Part shown: positions 10,117 through 21,007 of the stretch, piece by piece
Position numbering within the stretch: position 1 is the first letter of the stretch
Layout of the letters: each line of letters begins with the position of its first letter
Source of the DNA: a virus
Lineage: Duplodnaviria > Caudoviricetes
Virus record (IMG/VR): IMGVR_UViG_3300023174_000047
Location: 139,775-203,774 of that record
Strand: one strand, 5' to 3'
Length of the DNA: 64,000 nucleotides
The notes under the pieces: model-generated
Seen by the model: the letters and a program-made list of their open reading frames with translations, nothing else
Database searches by the model: none
Told to the model about the DNA's origin: nothing
Position numbers and translations under genes: made by a program

Positions 10117-10490
10117 GTAATTTTATTACAGATAGACCCATTGATGCACTAACAGTTCCCGATATTCCAACTGTAGCTGGGGAGTATTATGAAAATATAC
10201 TCAACATGTATCAGACTCAAGATGATAGCAATTACTACTACTATAACATAAGTAACAAAGTAGTCATTAATATTGCTAATATTAATGCTGATTATATCGA
10301 TTATTATTATTTGGATACACCGATGCCTCTTACAACACTGAGCTACAGAATTTTTGGAACACAACACTTGTGGTGGCTCATTGTTGCAATGAATAAACTC
10401 AACCCCATTGATATTCCACCTGCAGGCACAGTCATTGTTGTGCCAAAGACGCAGTACTTGGCAAATGTCTTACAAACCATCAAGCAATGA
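10113..10490 (+). CDS. gp53: Baseplate wedge protein gp53-like (LysM-like); start re-called at 10113
   Basis: YENILNMY...PLTTLSYRIFGTQHLWWLIVAMN...GTVIVVP; ATGA overlap with the upstream stop. Confidence 0.8.
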   Translation: MSNFITDRPIDALTVPDIPTVAGEYYENILNMYQTQDDSNYYYYNISNKVVINIANINADYIDYYYLDTPMPLTTLSYRIFGTQHLWWLIVAMNKLNPIDIPPAGTVIVVPKTQYLANVLQTIKQ

Positions 10491-11929
10491 GCAATATTAA
10501 CGTTGAACGGTTTAATGATACGCCATATAAATTCAATGTAGCAATTTATGATGCGGATGGTAATTATATGACTTTAAATGCAGGTGCATTTCAAAATCTG
10601 ACCATTGAAGACAGTATTTTTATTCCATTTTCCATTGGAACAATGAGTGTCGTTAATGTCAATGAAGTATTGCAATCTTCATCTACTCCTGATTTACCTG
10701 CACTCAATTTTGCAGGTAATAATCATGATTTACTTGCCATTGACATTATGCCTACCATAACCAGCCAGGGCATTGATGCAGACGCATCAAATGAAAAATT
10801 GATGAAAATTTTTAATCTTAATTCTCTGTATTGCATTAATGAATTGCAAGACTCTGATGAAAAAGCTGGTCGAGTCAATAATGTAATGAATTTCCGTGAT
10901 GCATACCAGCAAATAATGTTAGAAAACTCCGCACAGATTAGTTCTGTTGATGTTTTGCAAAAACTAGGCAGACTCAAAGGAGATGTTGAAAATCTCAACA
11001 ATTCCGAGCGTGCTGTTGAAATGGGTGAATTGTTGATGTATTTGCTGGAAAAAACTTTCCCTGATGCTGATGTTATTGATAAACCAAATTTTGACATAGG
11101 ATATGGCAAGCTATTGTTTCACAGCCAAGGCAATTCCAATGCATTTCAGGATATGATGCACATCAACTCCTTACAGATGTCAGAGCAAAATCACGATGCA
11201 TGCATCATTAATCTTGATAGATATACCAAAAAATTTACTAACATAGCATTTAGCAAATACTTCGAACTACAACAAACGAACCCGCAGGAGTATGTGCTTG
11301 AAACTTTCATTGTGTCAGATGGTCAAAGCGGTGCAGGTCAGAACAAGCCACCAGCAAGTTCAGGTGGTTTTGATACAACAAGTAACATCATCGAATATAA
11401 ACTATCACCCATCAATGGCAATGAGTTTACCCGCAAGATAACGAATGCTGTTTATAATGCAACTGCAGGTGCAGATAAAAATCATTATGTCGGAATGAAA
11501 CAAAATAACATGAAGACAATTTTAGAAAAATACAAACAATTGTATGTTGAACCTTTCAACAGCATTGCGCCTAATGCTACACCAAGCATTGATTTTAATA
11601 AATTCATTGATCAAGGTGACAAAAAACAATTGAGACCGCGTGTTGTCAATGCAACGTTGCCTTTCAAATACGAAGAGCAACCAAGAAATTCCATGTTCAT
11701 TGACTTGCTTATATCAGGTGGTGATAACATTGTGTTTAGATCATTAGGCTCAACTCACCGCCGCAGCGGTCGGTTCATTGACATTACTTCCTTGTCTCAA
11801 ATTGCTGATAACAAGCTCGCAGATTCATTGTTGGGTAGATGGTTTGTTGTAAAGGTCAAACACATCTTCTCAGGCAATAAATACTACAACATAATAGAGG
11901 CAGTAAAAACCTACAAACAATCAAAATGA
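10487..11929 (+). CDS. Baseplate hub protein (gp27/late-control-D-like)
   Basis: LTIEDSIFIPFSIGTMSV; C-terminal GSTHRRSGRFIDI...LLGRWFVVKVKHIFSGNKYYNIIEAVKTY. Confidence 0.7.
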   Translation: MSNINVERFNDTPYKFNVAIYDADGNYMTLNAGAFQNLTIEDSIFIPFSIGTMSVVNVNEVLQSSSTPDLPALNFAGNNHDLLAIDIMPTITSQGIDADASNEKLMKIFNLNSLYCINELQDSDEKAGRVNNVMNFRDAYQQIMLENSAQISSVDVLQKLGRLKGDVENLNNSERAVEMGELLMYLLEKTFPDADVIDKPNFDIGYGKLLFHSQGNSNAFQDMMHINSLQMSEQNHDACIINLDRYTKKFTNIAFSKYFELQQTNPQEYVLETFIVSDGQSGAGQNKPPASSGGFDTTSNIIEYKLSPINGNEFTRKITNAVYNATAGADKNHYVGMKQNNMKTILEKYKQLYVEPFNSIAPNATPSIDFNKFIDQGDKKQLRPRVVNATLPFKYEEQPRNSMFIDLLISGGDNIVFRSLGSTHRRSGRFIDITSLSQIADNKLADSLLGRWFVVKVKHIFSGNKYYNIIEAVKTYKQSK

Positions 11930-13476
11930 TTCTCATCAAGACCAACGCACCGTATTTGATTGAAGCTACTGCGCTGCATAGCATTGATTTTGTGCAGAAC
12001 AATACCAATCTATGTACATTTACCAATGTGTTGAGCGCAGAATATGATCTTGCATTTGCATACAATGCAATTAATTCATCTCCTGATCCAGTTGATGCAT
12101 TAAGAAAATACATGCAAAAAATAATGCTTGTTGGAAATCAACTGGATCCACAAACGCTCATTCTACAGATTAATAATGTCCTTGCATATCCATCTCAGAT
12201 GAGAGATCCTCTCATAAGAGAAATTGATGAAGCAATTGCAGCAGCTCAAAAATATAGAAAGCCGCCCGATGATACTGAATTTCCAAGCCTATTATCAAGA
12301 ATCATCAATGACTGTTCTAGCCCATGCAATTACTTCAGCACACTTGGTGATGTTTTAGGACTTATGGGTGCATCCACACAGATGAACACCGACAACACAA
12401 ATGTTGCATGGGATAAAGACTCTACATTTATGCATGCTCCTCTAAACGTTGCTAATACAACGTTTAATAAAATCGCAAATACCACTCAACTAATTTTAGC
12501 TGGTGCTGCTACTGCTGTAAAAAGTATATATAGCAATGGACTTGAGCCGCTATTCAATAACACCCGCCGCGAAACGGAGGAAGAACTTGTCACCCAAGGT
12601 AAAAGCATGAGTTTTGTTTCACATGGCTCGTATCTCGCAACTGATCCTTTTCCATATTTTCAAACACAAAACAATGCAAGTAATATTCTTGCTCGCGCAA
12701 AATCATCTCTTAGAGATTGTGCTAGGCTCAGTGAGTTTAAATACAGATATAATCCTGCAGATCCAGAGATGAATCTTTCTGTTGTATCTCCTGTTACCAT
12801 ATCTGTAAATACTGAAGGAACAACAGTACAGGTTGATGCATTTGGCAAGATTATTTTGCCCGACAAAAAGCCTAATAAGATGAGCATCAAAGAAGCACTT
12901 GACTACAAAGAAAGCAACTATGAAGTTGACGACGAAGAAAATTGGAATACAAACCCTACAACTGGCATGACAGAAAAAGAACCATCTAACCCCAATGCAG
13001 CACAAACTGCGCCTGCCGCAGCTGCGCAAAAAGAACCACGTGCAAATGTGCGAGGCAGCAGGGTAACAGATTACGGCCAGCTAACAGATCCTTATCTTGA
13101 TGCCAACACTGCCAAAGGCATAGGAATTGCAGGCATCGGTGAAGGCAACGGACCAGCAAGCCTGCAAGGAGGCAATTATTTACTCAAAGATTACTCCATG
13201 GCTGTATCACCAGATGTAGAGGCACAAATGAGATCTACTGGCATAAAGCCTGGCGATTGGGTAAGTGTCAGTACATCCAGCGGACAGACACTTACCAAGC
13301 GATGGGATGATGTAACGTCTAGCTCGCTTGCTGGGCGTGTAGATTTTTACAACCCGGTAGGCAAATCACCGCAGTTGGATGCAAATGTTGTTACCATTGT
13401 CAAAGCATCTGGACCACCACTTGGGTATGTGCAGCCGCCGAGATATGTCTATGGTAAACCAGCAGGTTTTAAGTAA
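11926..13476 (+). CDS. Baseplate-associated protein with C-terminal 3D/DPBB-like (lytic transglycosylase-type) domain
   Basis: C-terminal RVTDYG...D...G...SMAVSPDV...IKPGDWVSV...WDDV...GRVDFY; translationally coupled to the hub gene. Confidence 0.5.
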   Translation: MILIKTNAPYLIEATALHSIDFVQNNTNLCTFTNVLSAEYDLAFAYNAINSSPDPVDALRKYMQKIMLVGNQLDPQTLILQINNVLAYPSQMRDPLIREIDEAIAAAQKYRKPPDDTEFPSLLSRIINDCSSPCNYFSTLGDVLGLMGASTQMNTDNTNVAWDKDSTFMHAPLNVANTTFNKIANTTQLILAGAATAVKSIYSNGLEPLFNNTRRETEEELVTQGKSMSFVSHGSYLATDPFPYFQTQNNASNILARAKSSLRDCARLSEFKYRYNPADPEMNLSVVSPVTISVNTEGTTVQVDAFGKIILPDKKPNKMSIKEALDYKESNYEVDDEENWNTNPTTGMTEKEPSNPNAAQTAPAAAAQKEPRANVRGSRVTDYGQLTDPYLDANTAKGIGIAGIGEGNGPASLQGGNYLLKDYSMAVSPDVEAQMRSTGIKPGDWVSVSTSSGQTLTKRWDDVTSSSLAGRVDFYNPVGKSPQLDANVVTIVKASGPPLGYVQPPRYVYGKPAGFK

Positions 13477-13948
13477 CTGCAGTTGTTTCTGCCTCAATGA
13501 TGTTTGTAGAGTGCTGCTCTTTTGCTGCATCAGTAAGCATTTTCATTACCTCATTGCGAGTCAGCATTAGCCGTGTTATATTGTCACGCTCATTGTTTTG
13601 ATTGCGTGATGCAACGTCCATCTCTTTAATTTTAATGGATGTTGCTGCTTTCTTATTAGTTGCCATCACCCTGTTTAGAGTCTCAATTGCTGAAGAAGCA
13701 GCAGTAATGAGACCTGCCATGGCTTCAGCTGATTCTTCAGAAGGTGATGCTGTTAATACAGTTTGGTAATCATCCAATACAGATAAACTTTTGTTGATGA
13801 GTTCGCTTGCCTTGTCAATGACAAATTGTTCTAAATTCTCCGGTAAAACTTGTTCCACAGGCACAATCTGTGTCTCTTTTTTTGTATCAATGCCTTTGAG
13901 TTGACTCAAAATGTTGTCTACAGCATGCTGTGTATCCACATCACTCAT
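13469..13948 (-). CDS. Putative terminase small subunit (gp16-like); start re-called at 13948
   Basis: Helical pattern ELINKSLSVL...ASPSEESAEAMAGLITAASSAIETL...TRNEVMKML parallels T4-like gp16. Confidence 0.45.
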   Translation of the reverse strand: MSDVDTQHAVDNILSQLKGIDTKKETQIVPVEQVLPENLEQFVIDKASELINKSLSVLDDYQTVLTASPSEESAEAMAGLITAASSAIETLNRVMATNKKAATSIKIKEMDVASRNQNNERDNITRLMLTRNEVMKMLTDAAKEQHSTNIIEAETTAVT

Positions 13949-13978
13949 TTTTTTATTATCTTTATTTATTTTTATATC

Positions 13979-14006
13979 TTGAAAACTCAAATGCATATAT
14001 TATATT
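13979..14006 (+). promoter_or_regulatory. sigma70-like promoter for dut (TTGAAA-16-TATATT, 6 nt before ATG)
   Basis: Read directly from the sequence; leaderless geometry. Confidence 0.6.
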
Positions 14007-14012
14007 GTATAG

Positions 14013-14462
14013 ATGAATAAAATCAAACTACCAAATAGTGCACTGACATTTGTTAAAACTCATGAAAATGCAAAGCTACCACAGAAGAACAATCACAATG
14101 ACACAGGATATGATGTTTTTTGTGTAGAAGACAAGGTAATTGCAGCTCGTGGATCTGCAGTTGTTGATGTGGGTCTGAAATTTGCAAACATTCCTGAAGG
14201 TGTTTGGATTAAAGTAGAGGGCCGCTCCGGAATTGGCTTTAAACATGGCATTACACCCCATCCAGGAATTATTGACAATGGCTATAGATCTGATGCGGGA
14301 ATTAAATTGTACAATTTTACAGACACTGACTATCACATTAAAGCCGGTGATCGCATTGCACAATTTGTTCTATATCCCCTAATTCATGCATCATCAGTTG
14401 AATTTGGTGAACCAACTGAATCAAGTCGTGGTGAAAACGGTTTTGGATCTTCTGGGAAGTAA
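14013..14462 (+). CDS. dut: Trimeric dUTPase
   Basis: Motifs DTGYDVF, KVEGRSG, GIIDNGYR, GDRIAQFV, RGENGFGSSG. Confidence 0.96.
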   Translation: MNKIKLPNSALTFVKTHENAKLPQKNNHNDTGYDVFCVEDKVIAARGSAVVDVGLKFANIPEGVWIKVEGRSGIGFKHGITPHPGIIDNGYRSDAGIKLYNFTDTDYHIKAGDRIAQFVLYPLIHASSVEFGEPTESSRGENGFGSSGK

Positions 14463-14585
14463 TATTATGTTGACACAACAACAAGCAAAAGGAATTGTTC
14501 GCATAGGCGATCGCACAGGAGATACAGGTACTACTACAACGACAACCAAGCCAGTATAGAAAACTAAAATACCTCAAACGCAAGC

Positions 14586-15515
14586 ATGAATTTACAAGGA
14601 CTGTGGATCGAGAAATATCGCCCCAAACGAATGAATGATTTATGCTTGAGTGATGAGCTCAAGGATCTCATCATCAATTATACCAACAAGCAGGAAATTC
14701 CTAATTTGCTGCTTGTTGGTAAGCCTGGCATTGGTAAAACAAGTCTTGCACGCATCATTGTGCAAGACTTGTTGGACTGCCAGTATCTATACATCAATGC
14801 TTCTGATGAAAATGGCATTGATACTGTGCGCGGCAAAATCATGAATTTTGCTCAGACCAAAAGCATTGATGGCAAGATCAAAGTGATTCTACTGGATGAA
14901 GTAGATGGTTTTACCGAGCAGGGCCAGAATGCATTGCGCAACACCATGGAGGAGTATGCAAAGTATACTCGATTTATTCTGACTGCAAATTATTTGCATC
15001 GCATCAAACCTGCATTGCAAAGTCGTTGTCAGAGCATTCACGTTGAAACAACCATTGCTGATGTAATTGCTCGCTGTGCACATATTCTCCGGCATGAGAA
15101 CATCAAAATTGGCGAAGATGCCAAGTCACTCAAGCACATCATCAAGTCTCAATATCCTGACATTCGCAAAATTATTGGAAGCCTGCAACGCATGTGTGCC
15201 TCTGGTGAGTTGATTGTTGCTCAAGACAATGCATCAAGCATTGGTATAGATTTAGTCAATAAAATCATTGCACAAACTGACTGTACAACCATCAGACAGT
15301 TCATCATTGATAATGAAGAAAAGTTTGCAAGTGACTATAGCAACCTACTGAAACTAATGCTCAATGAAATTTATGAACATCGACTTTTGCAAGAAAACAA
15401 AAAGCAGATGTTAATTTGCATCATTGCAGATCACATGTATAGATCAGTTAGTGCCATGGATGCAGAAATTAATGCATTTCATTGCTGCTTAAACATGATG
15501 AATGCTCTTACTTGA
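14586..15515 (+). CDS. gp44: Sliding-clamp loader subunit (gp44/RFC small subunit-like)
   Basis: LWIEKYRP, Walker A GKPGIGKT, INASDENGIDTVR, DEVD, RFILTANY, ALQSRC. Confidence 0.95.
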   Translation: MNLQGLWIEKYRPKRMNDLCLSDELKDLIINYTNKQEIPNLLLVGKPGIGKTSLARIIVQDLLDCQYLYINASDENGIDTVRGKIMNFAQTKSIDGKIKVILLDEVDGFTEQGQNALRNTMEEYAKYTRFILTANYLHRIKPALQSRCQSIHVETTIADVIARCAHILRHENIKIGEDAKSLKHIIKSQYPDIRKIIGSLQRMCASGELIVAQDNASSIGIDLVNKIIAQTDCTTIRQFIIDNEEKFASDYSNLLKLMLNEIYEHRLLQENKKQMLICIIADHMYRSVSAMDAEINAFHCCLNMMNALT

Positions 15516-16071
15516 GGTACTTAACATACCCTTTAGCAGAAGATGCTGGTATTTTCTCATTCTTATTTTTGAGTGAGTCATCAGAATCTTTTATTTTGCC
15601 ACCCTGATCTGTCATGCGTGTCTGCTTGTATGTGTCAGTATTAGCATCCATTTCAACTGGCTCTGGTTTAATGGTAATCATGTTGTCTCTCTTTAATGCA
15701 GCTGGAAGCGGTGCATAATTTACACCATAATCTAAGCGAGTAACAACTCCAGTTGGAACAGTAATGACATTGTAGTAACGACCACCACCATAATCCAATG
15801 CGATATCAAGAACTACGCTGCCGTTTGTATTAAATTCATTGCCGGGTGCTCTGGACGGGCTTTCATTCTTTACAGCAACAACACGAAGATTCATATTTTT
15901 GCCCATGTCAGCAACATCGTCAATGGCTTGTTGCATGGTTGGAGGCATTTCCTTGTAACATTTGGTAGATTTATAATTATCAGCAAATTTAACATAATCA
16001 CCCATCAAATAGCCTGCAATTTGATAGCGTCTTTGATGGTTTTCTAATAGACTTAGATATCTGCTTTTCAT
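15508..16071 (-). CDS. Hypothetical late (probably virion) protein; start re-called at 16071 (MKSRYLSLLENH)
   Basis: Long ORF; TAAATA lies 6 nt before ATG 16071. Confidence 0.6.
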   Translation of the reverse strand: MKSRYLSLLENHQRRYQIAGYLMGDYVKFADNYKSTKCYKEMPPTMQQAIDDVADMGKNMNLRVVAVKNESPSRAPGNEFNTNGSVVLDIALDYGGGRYYNVITVPTGVVTRLDYGVNYAPLPAALKRDNMITIKPEPVEMDANTDTYKQTRMTDQGGKIKDSDDSLKNKNEKIPASSAKGYVKYLK

Positions 16072-16108
16072 TAACATTATTTATGGTACTGGCTGTTAAA
16101 TAATAGCA

Positions 16109-16585
16109 ATGGCCAATGTTAATATTACATTTCCTAAAGTGGAAAAAGTGAATGATAATTTCACCTTTTCTGATTTGCATCTCGATTTGCAAATAAAACA
16201 GCTTGTCACCAATGAAGCTGCAAAAAAAGTGCAGCAACAGGATATTGTTGCTGATTATGATTTAGGTGCAATTCGCAACAGCATCGTCAACATCTTTCTT
16301 ACTTCGCCAGGCGACAAACTGCTCAATCCGGTATTTGGCATTGATTTGAGAGATTACTTGTTTGAAGGTGTTACTGACACAATTGCATTTAGCATTTATA
16401 ATGATATATACAATAACATTACTAGATTTGAGCCTAGAATCACACTCAATAACCTTCAGGTGATTCCTGATTATAATAACCATCAGTATACGATAAATAT
16501 GTCCATAGGCGTCCCTTTTCTGCGTGTAGATGAGTATATTCTTAACTTATACCTCAACAGCCAAGGATACGTTGTTTTTGCATAA
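16109..16585 (+). CDS. gp25: Baseplate wedge subunit gp25-like
   Basis: FSDLHLD...AIRNSIVNIFLTSPGDKLLNPVFGIDLRDYLFE...FEPRITL; TAAATA 16097-16102. Confidence 0.93.
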   Translation: MANVNITFPKVEKVNDNFTFSDLHLDLQIKQLVTNEAAKKVQQQDIVADYDLGAIRNSIVNIFLTSPGDKLLNPVFGIDLRDYLFEGVTDTIAFSIYNDIYNNITRFEPRITLNNLQVIPDYNNHQYTINMSIGVPFLRVDEYILNLYLNSQGYVVFA

Positions 16586-16587
16586 TT

Positions 16588-18405
16588 ATGGCTGCTCAAA
16601 ATTTCACAGAATTTAATTTACCTAAAAACGCTTATGCAGCATTTGATGCAGTAAGTTTAAAAAGCCTCATCATTAATAGGCTTAAAACTTCCAATGTGTT
16701 TACGGATCAGGCATATGAAGGCAGTAATTTGTCGAGCATCATTGACATCATTGCATATGCTTATCACGTCTCTTTGTTTTATCTCAACAATCAAGCATCA
16801 GAAGCATATTTTAATCAAGCTACTTTGTATGAGAATATGAACAAGCTTGTTGCACTCATTGGTTATAATCCGCTTGGATCTCAAACTTCCATTGCACCCT
16901 TCAAGGCAACAGCACTCAACGGACTCGACATTGGATCTTATATGATTCCAAGATATTCTTTTGTTGCAATAAATGGCGCAATCTACTCCATAACACAAGA
17001 CATTTTCTTTGACAAGACCATTGCTGGCATTGAAGCAATTGAATCCATTGGTGATCGAAATTTATTATATCAAGGGCAGATTAGAGAATATGCCACACAA
17101 ACAGCCATTGGTGAAGATTTTGAAATTGTAACTCTCACTGTCAATAGTCAAGTTACGACTAATGAACCATTTGTTGACAACAATAGCATTTTTGTGTTTA
17201 TAAAAGATGCTAATACTAAAAAATGGAGTGAATGGAACGCAACAGCTTCCATCTATAGCGAGTCTCCATATGCTAAAGTATTTGAAAAAAGACTCAATGA
17301 TCAAGGTTTATTTGAGCTTAAATTTGGTGATAACATCACAGGTAAAAAGCTAAATGCAGGTGATGAGATAGCGATATACTATTTATTGAGCACAGGATCT
17401 GCAGGTGTAATTTCTGCTGAAGCAATTAGCGATGCAAGATTTGTGAGATATGTTACTCCCAAGTATAGAACCATCATAAGTGACATCTATGATTCTGATG
17501 CTCCTGTGGCTACACAGACACAACTCAATGCTGTAGCAATCACTAATACCAACAGATCAACTGACGTCAAACCACTTGAGAGCATTGCAGACATTAGAAT
17601 AAATGCACCTAAAACATTTGCTTCACAAAACAGAGTTGTAACAGAAGCTGATTTCAATGGCTACATTGAGCGCAATTTTACGAACATCATTAGAGATGTT
17701 CAATCCATCAACAACAGCACATACTTGAATGAATACATCAAGTATTTCTATGACATTGGATTGGCGCAGCCTAATGATGATTCAAATGTATTGCTGAATC
17801 AAGTTACATTTGCTGATGCATGTGATTTCAACAATGTTTATGCATTTGTTGTACCAAGAAACTTCCTGGTAGGTGAAAGTATACCACAGACATTACCAAT
17901 TGCATTCAAGCAGCTCATTGTTAACAGCTTGCAAACTGTCAAGATGCAAAACATTGAAGTTGTTCCATCTGATCCAGTTTATATTGCTGTTGATATTGGC
18001 GTTGCAGCAATAGGAGAGGCATTAAATGAAACTGTGCGGAATGATTCTGTTTTAGTCATTAAAAAGAATTCAAATTCAAGAATTTCGAGCAATCAAATTA
18101 AAACAAGCGTATATAATGCAATTGTGCAGTATTTTTCTGTTGATTCCATGAGACTTGGTCAGCAACTCAATTTTTATGATTTAACAAGAAATATTCTTAA
18201 CATTGAAGGTGTACAAAACATTACTACAACAAGAACTACAGCCAATGCAAGTGCTTCTACACCAGGGTTGAGTTTTGTTTTATGGAACCCACAATATGCG
18301 AAAGAAGATGTTGTGATTACTACACAAAACATCAAGTTACCCCTGTTTAAGTATCCATTTTTGATAAACAAAACAAGCCTACTAAACAAGATTCGTGTTG
18401 AATGA
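16588..18405 (+). CDS. gp6: Baseplate wedge subunit gp6-like
   Basis: FTDQAYEGSNLSSIIDIIAY...LFYLN...ELKFGDNITGKKL...SIADIRINAPKTFASQNRVVT..DF. Confidence 0.93.
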   Translation: MAAQNFTEFNLPKNAYAAFDAVSLKSLIINRLKTSNVFTDQAYEGSNLSSIIDIIAYAYHVSLFYLNNQASEAYFNQATLYENMNKLVALIGYNPLGSQTSIAPFKATALNGLDIGSYMIPRYSFVAINGAIYSITQDIFFDKTIAGIEAIESIGDRNLLYQGQIREYATQTAIGEDFEIVTLTVNSQVTTNEPFVDNNSIFVFIKDANTKKWSEWNATASIYSESPYAKVFEKRLNDQGLFELKFGDNITGKKLNAGDEIAIYYLLSTGSAGVISAEAISDARFVRYVTPKYRTIISDIYDSDAPVATQTQLNAVAITNTNRSTDVKPLESIADIRINAPKTFASQNRVVTEADFNGYIERNFTNIIRDVQSINNSTYLNEYIKYFYDIGLAQPNDDSNVLLNQVTFADACDFNNVYAFVVPRNFLVGESIPQTLPIAFKQLIVNSLQTVKMQNIEVVPSDPVYIAVDIGVAAIGEALNETVRNDSVLVIKKNSNSRISSNQIKTSVYNAIVQYFSVDSMRLGQQLNFYDLTRNILNIEGVQNITTTRTTANASASTPGLSFVLWNPQYAKEDVVITTQNIKLPLFKYPFLINKTSLLNKIRVE

Positions 18406-20531
18406 GTGAAGTACTTTACAGATATGTGTATTTTGACACATTAAATTTTACAAATGCCTCTTCTACAACAGGATATGCATTGAGTATTTGTCCTTTTACA
18501 TTTTCACCAAGAGTACAAAACAGTGTGACGGTATCCAACAAGAGAATTCTGTGGGATTTTGGTGATGGTACAACCTCAACTGCAGTCACTGCACAGCATG
18601 CATATAGTCTGCCGGGTACATATCTTGTTACCATGTATTTGTATGATGCAGAAGGTAATGCTTATTACAATGCATATGACTCAGCAGTTACTGTTTACAA
18701 CTATATAAGCGATTCAATTGTTCTATCAGCAGGTAATCTCAAATACATTGTTTCTGACATTGACAGCAATGCTTTTGATGTGTATAGATTCAATTCATGG
18801 CAGGGTGCAGACAAAGCCAATTCAACTGTTTTATTGTATGTGAGTGGCAACAATGCTCCTTACATTGATGAGCAGCAATACAATCGAGACAAATACAGTC
18901 ACCTTAAAAAGTATAGCCAATTCTACCAGCTTCGTTTTAACAATAATCTTCAAATTTATGAACATGTTCCTACAAACAACATCATTACAACATCTGTTGA
19001 TTTGTATGCTCGTTTGTCAGCAACAGCAATAGTACCATGCGCAAAGCATGATGCAGGAGCAATCTTTGTGGGTACATCTGGCTATGCATCATGTGCTTAT
19101 CGTGACGATATGCCAACAGGTGCATATCCGACATTAATTTTTGCTTCATTTGAGAACATTGATTTTAAGGATCCAAACAATGATGCTTTACCGGTTGATG
19201 TAAATGCAAAACAAACGCTGCAGACTAATGCGCAATCATTTTACTGCACACTCTCTACGCTTGCACCCAACAGCATTTTCATATCTAGCATTGGTCTGAG
19301 TGCTGTGCCTGTTAATGCAGTTCAATTTACAAATGCACGCATACCCTTTGTTGTGCAAATATCCAATGCAGCAGAGGCACCATGCAAATATTGCACCAAT
19401 TTGAAGCGCGTCAATGCAGTGAGCAGTCTTTCTGCAAATACAATTAAATTGTATGCATTTGATGCAACTACTAATGCATCTCTGTCAGTCGCCGTTGTGG
19501 ATGATTTTGGCGAATTTACCAATTACAACACAGGAATATACAAAGGATATTGTGCATTCTCTGCACCCTTAACTGGTGTAAAACTGGCTGCCGTTGCAAG
19601 CGTTTCATCAATTTTTGGCATTGCAACATTATCAGCAACAACCAATGCACTTGAAATTATTGACAGTGATTTTGCCATAACTAAAATAAACGAAAATTTT
19701 GATCAATCTGCAAAATATAAAAGTTATCGCTTCCAAGAAACTCTGCTAGATAAAAATGTATTTTTTGATTCATTTTTAGGCACCATAGTTGGTAATGCTG
19801 AAGCACCACCAAATGTTCTAGGCAAAAGAATACATGAAAAGCAGGCAAATTTTGTAGATAATACACAACTCATTGATGCATGCAACATTGAAGCCTTATA
19901 CTCATTAAAGAGCATGTTAAATGCAAATGTTTATCAATTTGAGCGGTTTAATTTTGGCACACCAGCTGAGATATCACGCATCATGGATATGCTCAGCATC
20001 AAACAGAGCAAGCTCTGGGGCGCAAAAAATGAGTATGCAGAAAACTTTGATAAAAAAGGTTTAGTGCACAGCAATGTATATGGCATTAATTTGGGCAATG
20101 CACTGAATTCTCAGACCACAATTTTAACAGCAGGTTCTGGTGCCGGCTACATTGTTGCTTATGAAAAATTTAGCGGCAATTATAAGCTCATTAACACAGA
20201 CTTGTTGAGTTCAATGTACATTAGGTTCATTGACGCAAACAAACAAACATATGCATTAAGCGCATATAATAATTTCTGGGGATGGGGGTTGGTGATACCA
20301 GATGAATTTGATGCAACAATCTTTGATCATTACTATGATTTTTATGAATATATTGCTACACCACAAGGCTCTATTTTAAATTCCATCGTCAACTGGGATG
20401 ATGATGTAAACACCATCACAAGATCACAAAGTTCGCATGATGCATGGGCTGGAGCCAATGGAACCATGGAGAAACTACTGAGACAATCTTTATTGCAGGG
20501 TCTTACAATTTTTGGTGTAATAACTGGTTAG
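18402..20531 (+). CDS. PKD-domain baseplate/structural protein (gp7-like position)
   Basis: LWDFGDGT...HAYSLPGTYLVTM PKD motif; coupled to gp6. Confidence 0.6.
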   Translation: MSEVLYRYVYFDTLNFTNASSTTGYALSICPFTFSPRVQNSVTVSNKRILWDFGDGTTSTAVTAQHAYSLPGTYLVTMYLYDAEGNAYYNAYDSAVTVYNYISDSIVLSAGNLKYIVSDIDSNAFDVYRFNSWQGADKANSTVLLYVSGNNAPYIDEQQYNRDKYSHLKKYSQFYQLRFNNNLQIYEHVPTNNIITTSVDLYARLSATAIVPCAKHDAGAIFVGTSGYASCAYRDDMPTGAYPTLIFASFENIDFKDPNNDALPVDVNAKQTLQTNAQSFYCTLSTLAPNSIFISSIGLSAVPVNAVQFTNARIPFVVQISNAAEAPCKYCTNLKRVNAVSSLSANTIKLYAFDATTNASLSVAVVDDFGEFTNYNTGIYKGYCAFSAPLTGVKLAAVASVSSIFGIATLSATTNALEIIDSDFAITKINENFDQSAKYKSYRFQETLLDKNVFFDSFLGTIVGNAEAPPNVLGKRIHEKQANFVDNTQLIDACNIEALYSLKSMLNANVYQFERFNFGTPAEISRIMDMLSIKQSKLWGAKNEYAENFDKKGLVHSNVYGINLGNALNSQTTILTAGSGAGYIVAYEKFSGNYKLINTDLLSSMYIRFIDANKQTYALSAYNNFWGWGLVIPDEFDATIFDHYYDFYEYIATPQGSILNSIVNWDDDVNTITRSQSSHDAWAGANGTMEKLLRQSLLQGLTIFGVITG

Positions 20532-20564
20532 AATATAAGCTATATCCCAACCAGCTTTATAGAA

Positions 20565-20981
20565 CTAAATTGATACAACTCTTATTGCTTTAATGTGCAT
20601 GGAATTATCATCGCTACAGCCGCAATCACTATTTTTACTTGTTTCATAGTCCATATACTGAGCAACATCCGTAATGTTGTTATTAGCAATGGTAATTTTA
20701 GCCTGTACCCAGCCTGGAATGCTATGTGCCGTTCTGAGCTGATGCATCAATTGATGTGAGAGCTTTGTAATAGCTTGCAAATCTGCTAATGCCATGTGTA
20801 TTTCTTTTGCTTCGCCTGTTGGCTCACTGTTCATTTGCTCTAAATCTTCGCAGTTTTCATCAACAGCAGGTGAACCACCATATGGCATGCCTAATGCTGG
20901 ATCTGCTTTGAGTGGCAGCCCACCCTCTTTGGGGCTGAGATAATTTTCCCAGATGAGATTCAATTCTTGTGTATATTTCAT
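20565..20981 (-). CDS. Hypothetical virion protein
   Basis: MKYTQELNLIWENY leader; MALADL..I...IPGWVQAKITIA...V..YM motif recalled from T4-like phage structural proteins. Confidence 0.6.
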   Translation of the reverse strand: MKYTQELNLIWENYLSPKEGGLPLKADPALGMPYGGSPAVDENCEDLEQMNSEPTGEAKEIHMALADLQAITKLSHQLMHQLRTAHSIPGWVQAKITIANNNITDVAQYMDYETSKNSDCGCSDDNSMHIKAIRVVSI

Positions 20982-21007
20982 TAATTTAAAATTAGTGAGG
21001 TGTTTTA

